Positions 58,636-64,000 of a stretch of DNA of 64,000 nt are shown here, piece by piece. Each line of letters starts with the position of its first letter. Positions within the stretch are counted from its first letter, which is position 1. Under the pieces are notes generated by a model. That model worked only from the letters and a program-made list of their open reading frames with translations, was not told the origin of the DNA and made no database searches. The translations under genes were made by a program, and so were the position numbers. The DNA lies in NCBI GenBank assembly GCA_028284235.1, contig JANQSC010000020.1, positions 128,248 through 192,247 on the forward strand. The letters are read 5' to 3'. Origin of the DNA: Opitutaceae bacterium (GTDB taxonomy: Bacteria > Verrucomicrobiota > Verrucomicrobiia > Opitutales > Opitutaceae).

Positions 58636-58971
58636 ATGGACGCTCTTATCGACCTTCTCTTTCTTATTGTATTGGCCTCGATGGCCCATCAGAGCAAGCG
58701 CCCGATTTTGTCAGGATTGATATTCGGCTTTCTGAAAGCCATTAGCATCTACTTCATCCACGTGAGCGGTGAACTGGAGGCTTCAAACAATATGGCGATT
58801 GCGGTTGGAGTCACTCATTTCGCCTTGAATACACTTCTTGGATGCGCGATCGCCCACATCGTAATCAATCATTCCAAAAACGCGAAAATGGTCATTCTCA
58901 TGACCGTTCTTTCAATCCTGAGCTTCCTAACACATATCGCCAGTTTGAACGTGCTCAGTCTGTTCAACTAG
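58636..58971 (+). CDS. Small hypothetical membrane protein (about 4 TM)
   Basis: 111-aa hydrophobic ORF filling the gap between topB and ugd; no family recognised. Confidence 0.6.
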   Translation: MDALIDLLFLIVLASMAHQSKRPILSGLIFGFLKAISIYFIHVSGELEASNNMAIAVGVTHFALNTLLGCAIAHIVINHSKNAKMVILMTVLSILSFLTHIASLNVLSLFN

Positions 58972-59012
58972 AATCGCTCCTCACGTTCTCGCAGGCGACG
59001 CTGCAGACTCGC

Positions 59013-60374
59013 CTATCGACCGATCGCGTATACTTCGAAGCCAATCTCCTTCAACTGGGCCCGATTCGCGATATTGCGCCCGTCAAAGATGAACGCAGGC
59101 TTCATCATGTTGTCGAATATTCTCTGGTAGTCTAGGTCGCGGAATGCGTCCCACTCCGTCAAAATCGCAACGCCATGGGCTCCCTTGACCGCCTCGTAAG
59201 GATCATCGCAAATATCCAGTTTGGAGGAATCCGCTTCGATCCCCAAATCGTAGCGTATTTGATCGGGTGATACCTTGGGGTCGTAAATCGCTAAATCCGC
59301 TTCCTCCTCGAGCAAATCCTTCCCCACGTAAATCGCGGGCGACTCGCGCGTGTCGTTCGTGTCCTTTTTGAACGCGAATCCGAGCAGGGCGATACGCTTG
59401 CCATTGACGGTATTGAACAGCGCGTTAATGATCTTCGTGGAAAATCGACGCTTCTGCCAGTCGTTCATCTCAATGACGCCACGCCAGTATTCAGAAACTT
59501 CAGGCAGGCCAAAATGTTCGCACAGGTAAACCAAATTCAGTAGATCCTTTTGGAAACACGACCCGCCAAACCCCACAGAGGCTTTCAAGAACTTGGGGCC
59601 TATGCGCGAGTCCTTGCCGATCGCGGACGCTACTTCGTCCACATTGGCGCCAGTCTCTTCGCAAAGCGCGGAAATCGAATTGATACTCGAGATTCGCTGA
59701 GCGAGAAACGCGTTCGCAACGAGCTTCGAAAGCTCAGAGGACCATAGGTTCGTCTGGATAATCCTGTCACGGTCAATCCAATGCGCATACACGCTGGTCA
59801 GCGTCTCCATCGCTTCCAGACCTTCGGGGGTCTCTTCTCCGCCAATCAGGACACGATCCGGATTGTCGAGATCCTCCATAGCCGTACCTTCAGCGAGGAA
59901 CTCTGGGTTCGACAGTACCTGGAACTGCACATCCGCGTTTGAATTCGCGGTCAACACAGTCTTTAACGACTCGGCCGTACGGACTGGGATAGTCGATTTC
60001 TCCACCACGATTTTAGATCGGTCGGAGTATTCCGCTATGTCGCGGGCGCACAACTCGACATATTTCAAGTCCGCGGCTCTCCCGGCGTCGACCCCATAGG
60101 TTTTGGTCGGAGTGCCAACGCTCACGAAGATAATATCCGCCTCTTTAATCGCGGCTACTTTGTCTGTAGTGAAAAACAGATTACGCCCTCGAGCGGTGGC
60201 GACAATGTCGTCCAGCCCTGGTTCGAAAACGGGAAGATCGTCGGAGTTCCACGCTGCAATGCGCGACTCGTTGATATCCGCGACAGTCACCGAAATATCC
60301 GGGCATTTGAAGGCGATCATAGCCATGGTGGGGCCACCTACATAACCTGCTCCTAAACAACAAATTTTCATCAC
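59013..60374 (-). CDS. ugd: UDP-glucose 6-dehydrogenase
   Basis: [37 protein letters not shown] (catalytic Cys) and [13 protein letters not shown] motifs. Confidence 0.95.
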   Translation of the reverse strand: MMKICCLGAGYVGGPTMAMIAFKCPDISVTVADINESRIAAWNSDDLPVFEPGLDDIVATARGRNLFFTTDKVAAIKEADIIFVSVGTPTKTYGVDAGRAADLKYVELCARDIAEYSDRSKIVVEKSTIPVRTAESLKTVLTANSNADVQFQVLSNPEFLAEGTAMEDLDNPDRVLIGGEETPEGLEAMETLTSVYAHWIDRDRIIQTNLWSSELSKLVANAFLAQRISSINSISALCEETGANVDEVASAIGKDSRIGPKFLKASVGFGGSCFQKDLLNLVYLCEHFGLPEVSEYWRGVIEMNDWQKRRFSTKIINALFNTVNGKRIALLGFAFKKDTNDTRESPAIYVGKDLLEEEADLAIYDPKVSPDQIRYDLGIEADSSKLDICDDPYEAVKGAHGVAILTEWDAFRDLDYQRIFDNMMKPAFIFDGRNIANRAQLKEIGFEVYAIGR

Positions 60375-60562
60375 AATTTTCGAATCTACAACTAGCCTAC
60401 AAACAGAGGGTGTCTGCTCTGGCGAGACAAGATATTTGCCCAGACCAAACGCGCTTTCATAGGATTTTAAACAGGTATCGTCACTTGAGTGCGGGACTTT
60501 ATCCGATTGACTCCCTTATCGGGCCTTGCCTGAACTTCAACGCGCCTTTGAAAAAGCGAAAA

Positions 60563-61327
60563 ATGCCCGCCGAAATCCTCACCCAGTTCATCCAAGCCGC
60601 CCGAAAGTGCGGGTTTACGACCAGCGAACTTGGCAGTATCGACAACGACCCTATCCTTCTGCTCGAACGTTCCGGCGGCGAAACAAGTCCGACTATCTCG
60701 ATATCCGCCGGAATTCATGGAGACGAGCCAGCGCCCGTTACCAGTCTGCTTAACCTGTTCCAGTCAGGCTATTTTCAACCCGATGTTCATTGGCGCGTCT
60801 TCCCCTTGCTCAATCCGAGCGGATACCGTCTGCGCACGCGCGAGAATCGAGACGGGATCGACCTCAATCGCGACTTCCTCGACACCCAGTCGAGCGAAAT
60901 CACGGCTTTGAAAGCGCGAATCGACTCGCTTTCGCCCCCCGACATCTCGCTGTGTCTCCACGAGGATTGGGAGGCCGCGGGATTCTATCTCTATTCGCTG
61001 CACGAACGCCAGGCCGAGAAAGCCGGCAAACGCGTGCTTCAACGCGTTTCCCAGATCGCCCCGATCGAGACAGCGAATCAAATCGACGGCAACCCTGCCC
61101 GAGACGGACTGCTGCTCCCGCTTGAGTTCATTCGCAACGACACGCTCTCGGATGGCTGGCCGGAAGCCATCTACCTCTATCGTCGCTCTCCACACCTGCA
61201 TATGACGCTCGAGAGCCCCTCGAGCCTTCCCTTCGCGGATCGCGTTAAAATGCATGAAACCGCTATCGACGCCGCCATCGAATTTTATCTGACTGCCTTG
61301 CATCCAAAACGGCGGGAAACTGAATAA
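60563..61327 (+). CDS. M14 family metallocarboxypeptidase (succinylglutamate desuccinylase/MpaA-like)
   Basis: SAGIHGDEPA (HxxE), NPSG, RENRDGIDLNRDF and LHEDWE motifs; start MPAEIL at 60563. Confidence 0.88.
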   Translation: MPAEILTQFIQAARKCGFTTSELGSIDNDPILLLERSGGETSPTISISAGIHGDEPAPVTSLLNLFQSGYFQPDVHWRVFPLLNPSGYRLRTRENRDGIDLNRDFLDTQSSEITALKARIDSLSPPDISLCLHEDWEAAGFYLYSLHERQAEKAGKRVLQRVSQIAPIETANQIDGNPARDGLLLPLEFIRNDTLSDGWPEAIYLYRRSPHLHMTLESPSSLPFADRVKMHETAIDAAIEFYLTALHPKRRETE

Positions 61328-61416
61328 TCCACGCCCCCAGTCCGTCCTATTCCCCACAAAACTCGAACAATGACCCAATTGAAACGAGCGAATTTCGATT
61401 CCGACTCAACGCCTCG

Positions 61417-61998
61417 ATGACCGCTTCCGGACACGACGCTTCGAGCGAATACGTTGCCCTCGCTCAAAAGGGAGACCAGTCTGCATTCGGCAAACTGTTC
61501 GAAATGCACAGCGGTCAGGTTTACGGACAAATTCTTCGCATGGTACGCAACCCAGACGACGCCAACGAAATCGCCCAGCTCGCCTGGATCAAGGCCTGGA
61601 ACAAAATCGGCTCGTTCCGCTTCGAGTCGGCGTTTTCCAGCTGGCTCTACCGCGTCGCCACCTTCACCGCTCTCGACGCGATCCGCAAACGCGACTCCCG
61701 CCGAGAACTCAGCTACGAAGACGCGGAGGAAGCAACGCAATCGCGCGAAAACGCATCCATGGTTGCGCCACCGGAACAAATACGCAATTTGGAACGGAAA
61801 GAAATCAGGGACCGCTTTCACGAAGCTCTCGAAACACTGCCCGAACACCACCGAACCGCACTCATGCTCAGAGAAAACGAAGGCCTCTCCTACAAGGAGA
61901 TCGCCGAGAGAACCAATTGCAAAACAGGCACCGTCATGTCTCGAATATTCAACGCCCGCAAAGCAATCCAATCGCAAATGAAAGACTTCCTAACATGA
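61417..61998 (+). CDS. ECF-type RNA polymerase sigma factor
   Basis: GDQSAFGKLF, DANEIAQLAW, FSSWLYRVA (region 2); LSYKEIAE...GTVMSRIFNARK (region 4). Confidence 0.95.
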   Translation: MTASGHDASSEYVALAQKGDQSAFGKLFEMHSGQVYGQILRMVRNPDDANEIAQLAWIKAWNKIGSFRFESAFSSWLYRVATFTALDAIRKRDSRRELSYEDAEEATQSRENASMVAPPEQIRNLERKEIRDRFHEALETLPEHHRTALMLRENEGLSYKEIAERTNCKTGTVMSRIFNARKAIQSQMKDFLT

Positions 61999-62447
61999 AA
62001 CCTCGACCCATACTATTCCTGGCAGCCTGCGCCGCTGCCCTCGTCGCCATCGCCTCCCCTCAAAGCCATGGCCAGCAAGTCAGCGTCGACGCCACCTTGA
62101 TTTTCGCCTCTTCGGACGGCAGCGGAATCGACCCCGCGCTCAAGGCATATGAAAACAATCTGAAACGACTTTTCAAGTACACGTCGTACAAATTGCAAGG
62201 CCGCTCCAGCGCTCGGACCAGCGTCCCCGGGAAATCCACCATCAATCTCGGCTCCGGCCACAGAGTCGAACTGTCCGCCCAGCCGAGCGACGGCCGAAAA
62301 GTCCGGATCAACGTGCGCTGGTCGAACCCGCAACGCCTGCTCATCAACACCACCATCAACCAGGACAAAGGTAAACCCATCATCCTCGGAGGCCCCTCCG
62401 CCCCGTCGAGAAACGGGAACCTCATTCTCGTTCTCGTGCCGAGATAG
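61995..62447 (+). CDS. Secreted hypothetical beta-rich protein coupled to the ECF sigma gene
   Basis: ATGA overlap with the sigma stop; signal peptide MKPRPILFLAACAAALVAIA. Confidence 0.75.
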   Translation: MKPRPILFLAACAAALVAIASPQSHGQQVSVDATLIFASSDGSGIDPALKAYENNLKRLFKYTSYKLQGRSSARTSVPGKSTINLGSGHRVELSAQPSDGRKVRINVRWSNPQRLLINTTINQDKGKPIILGGPSAPSRNGNLILVLVPR

Positions 62448-62508
62448 CGCCATCAGCGCCACAACTGTCACGAAAGATTGAATACTTTTTGGCTCTTCCG
62501 TCAGAAAG

Positions 62509-63099
62509 CTATTTGGAGAGCGACGGCACGTGCGTGAACGCGTGGCAAATCGCGACCGCGGCCGCGTCCGACTGGTCGTGCTCCAGCGCGTCCGCGATCC
62601 GGACCAGACTCATCACCGTCCGGGCCACCTGCTCCTTGCTCGCCCGACCCACGCCGACAACCGCCTGTTTGATTCTCAACGGAGCGTATTCAAATATCGG
62701 TTTCCCGTCCACAGCGGCCGCCGCGATGGCCGCGCCGCGAGCCGCGCCCATTACCTGGGCGGTCTGAAAATTCTGCACGTAGATCGTCTCTTCCAACGCG
62801 ACCGCGTCGATCGCGTAAGTTCCCAGCAGCTCCGCCACGCTTTGGTTAATCGTCCCCAGGCATTCGAACATCGAAATCGACGCCTTCAATGAAACCGTCC
62901 GGCTATGGAGCAGCGTTCGAGCGTCCGAAGCGCCAAACTCGACAACCGCCAAACCCGTCCCTCGCAAACTGGGGTCTATCCCCAGAACGGTTCCCAGAAA
63001 CGGCTCTCGTCTCGCAAGATACGATTCCGGGCGAGCGGGGGAAGCCGCCTTCCCCTGAATCTTGTCAGCCCACAACTGGCGCGCGCTTTTTCTAGCCAT
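62509..63099 (-). CDS. ruvC: Holliday junction resolvase
   Basis: LGIDPSLRGTG, ALEE, GAARG, YAPLRIKQAVVGVGRASKEQV and DQSDAAAVAICH motifs. Confidence 0.95.
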   Translation of the reverse strand: MARKSARQLWADKIQGKAASPARPESYLARREPFLGTVLGIDPSLRGTGLAVVEFGASDARTLLHSRTVSLKASISMFECLGTINQSVAELLGTYAIDAVALEETIYVQNFQTAQVMGAARGAAIAAAAVDGKPIFEYAPLRIKQAVVGVGRASKEQVARTVMSLVRIADALEHDQSDAAAVAICHAFTHVPSLSK

Positions 63100-63862
63100 A
63101 ATACGCGCTCGCCTCGAGGATCGCGTTCCAGATCATGTAGCCCACGGCGACGATCGTCAGCCAAAACGCAATCCGCTCGAACCAAAGTTGATTGACCTTC
63201 CGGGCGAACAAATAGCCCATGAATCCCCCCGCGACTACAAATGGGACCAGCCGAACATTCGCCGCCGCGCTCTCGATTGTAATGATATTCAAATACACTA
63301 GAAACGGTATTTTGAATAAATTCAAAAGCGTGAAAAAGTAAACACTCGTCCCCAAAAACGCCATTTTCGGCATGCGCATCGCAAGCAAATAGAGCGTCAT
63401 TAAAGGCCCCGCCGCATTCGCGATCATCGACACAAACCCTGCCATCCCCCCAATCGCCGGAGCGATCCCAGGAGCGACTACACTCGCCGCCTCCACGCCT
63501 TTGCGCTTCCGACGGCTCAAGTGCATCGCGATCATCACCACGAGCGACGCTCCTATGAGCAGCCGAGCTTGCGCGTCGTCCATCGACCCAAGGGCGAAGA
63601 AGCCGCCAATCACCCCCACCGCCGCCCAAGGGATCAACTTGAAAATCTGCCCCCAATCCGCGTGGCGACGAAACGCGATCACCGCGCAAAAGTCGCCCAC
63701 CACCAAAAGCGGGAGGCCGAAACCCGTCGCGTCCTTGGCAAGTAGCAGATTCTGGAAAATGGCGACATTCAAAATTCCCAGACCCGGAATGCCGCACTTG
63801 CTCATCCCGATGATAATCGCCGCCAATCCAAAAAACAGCCATTGCCAGGTTTCATAGGACAT
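63092..63862 (-). CDS. Sulfite exporter TauE/SafE family membrane protein
   Basis: GMSKCGIPGLG, AGFVSMIANAAGP and NLFKIPF motifs; multi-TM; start MSYETW at 63862. Confidence 0.88.
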   Translation of the reverse strand: MSYETWQWLFFGLAAIIIGMSKCGIPGLGILNVAIFQNLLLAKDATGFGLPLLVVGDFCAVIAFRRHADWGQIFKLIPWAAVGVIGGFFALGSMDDAQARLLIGASLVVMIAMHLSRRKRKGVEAASVVAPGIAPAIGGMAGFVSMIANAAGPLMTLYLLAMRMPKMAFLGTSVYFFTLLNLFKIPFLVYLNIITIESAAANVRLVPFVVAGGFMGYLFARKVNQLWFERIAFWLTIVAVGYMIWNAILEASAYYG

Positions 63863-63933
63863 TCGCCCAACACGACGAAAGGAACCCCCAAGAGCAACGC
63901 TTAAGTGGCCCCGTTTCACGGAGCGCTCGCCGC

Positions 63934-63963
63934 AAACAAAAACAACGCTCCGAAGAGCGTTGT
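63934..63963 (-). terminator. Rho-independent terminator of an upstream minus-strand gene
   Basis: On the minus strand: ACAACGCTC ttcg GAGCGTTGT followed by TTTTGTTT (9-bp stem, UUCG loop, U-tract). Confidence 0.75.
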
Positions 63964-64000
63964 CGGCAACGGCGGAAACGCCGCGTCAAACGAACTCGTC

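Noticed and set aside
633-63857. Long antisense and alternate-frame ORFs (e.g. 633..1388 +, 5501..6358 +, 11073..12116 +, 23948..25087 +, 47990..49042 +, 56542..57447 -)
   Set aside because: They are shadows of well-supported genes in GC-rich DNA, with Arg/Ala/Pro-rich composition and no motifs.

Overview
A roughly 58% GC bacterial chromosomal segment, most likely Verrucomicrobiota/Opitutales (inferred from PVC-type families such as DUF6797 heme proteins, the PmoA-like DUF6807 protein, a TAT-exported TIM-barrel isomerase and a sulfatase). It holds about 54 intact protein-coding genes and no recognisable rRNA, tRNA, CRISPR array, integrase or transposase. The left half (1-34.4 kb) is accessory/catabolic: an RND efflux operon, gcvT-gcvH, a sulfatase, an enolase-superfamily enzyme, a 1376-aa DUF6797/propeller/PA14/multiheme protein, uxaE-uxaC and two FAH-family enzymes. 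The right half is mostly core housekeeping: tig-clpP-clpX, tsaB-alr, heme A/O synthesis, lysA-aroF, menB, rluD, lpxK, topB, ugd, an ECF sigma factor and ruvC. The most unusual signal is non-coding. Intergenic spaces between about 15.4 and 34.4 kb are packed with small inverted-repeat elements. These have a conserved scaffold of short linker words (ACAGGAT / CTTGAT / TAGGAT) with interchangeable GC-rich mini-hairpins between the words. They host GTAG-type REP doublets, which in turn carry a 34-bp insert in their hairpin loop. Near-identical subtypes occur as direct-repeat pairs bracketing 1-1.4 kb of cargo genes. All alignments were done by eye and no database searches were run.
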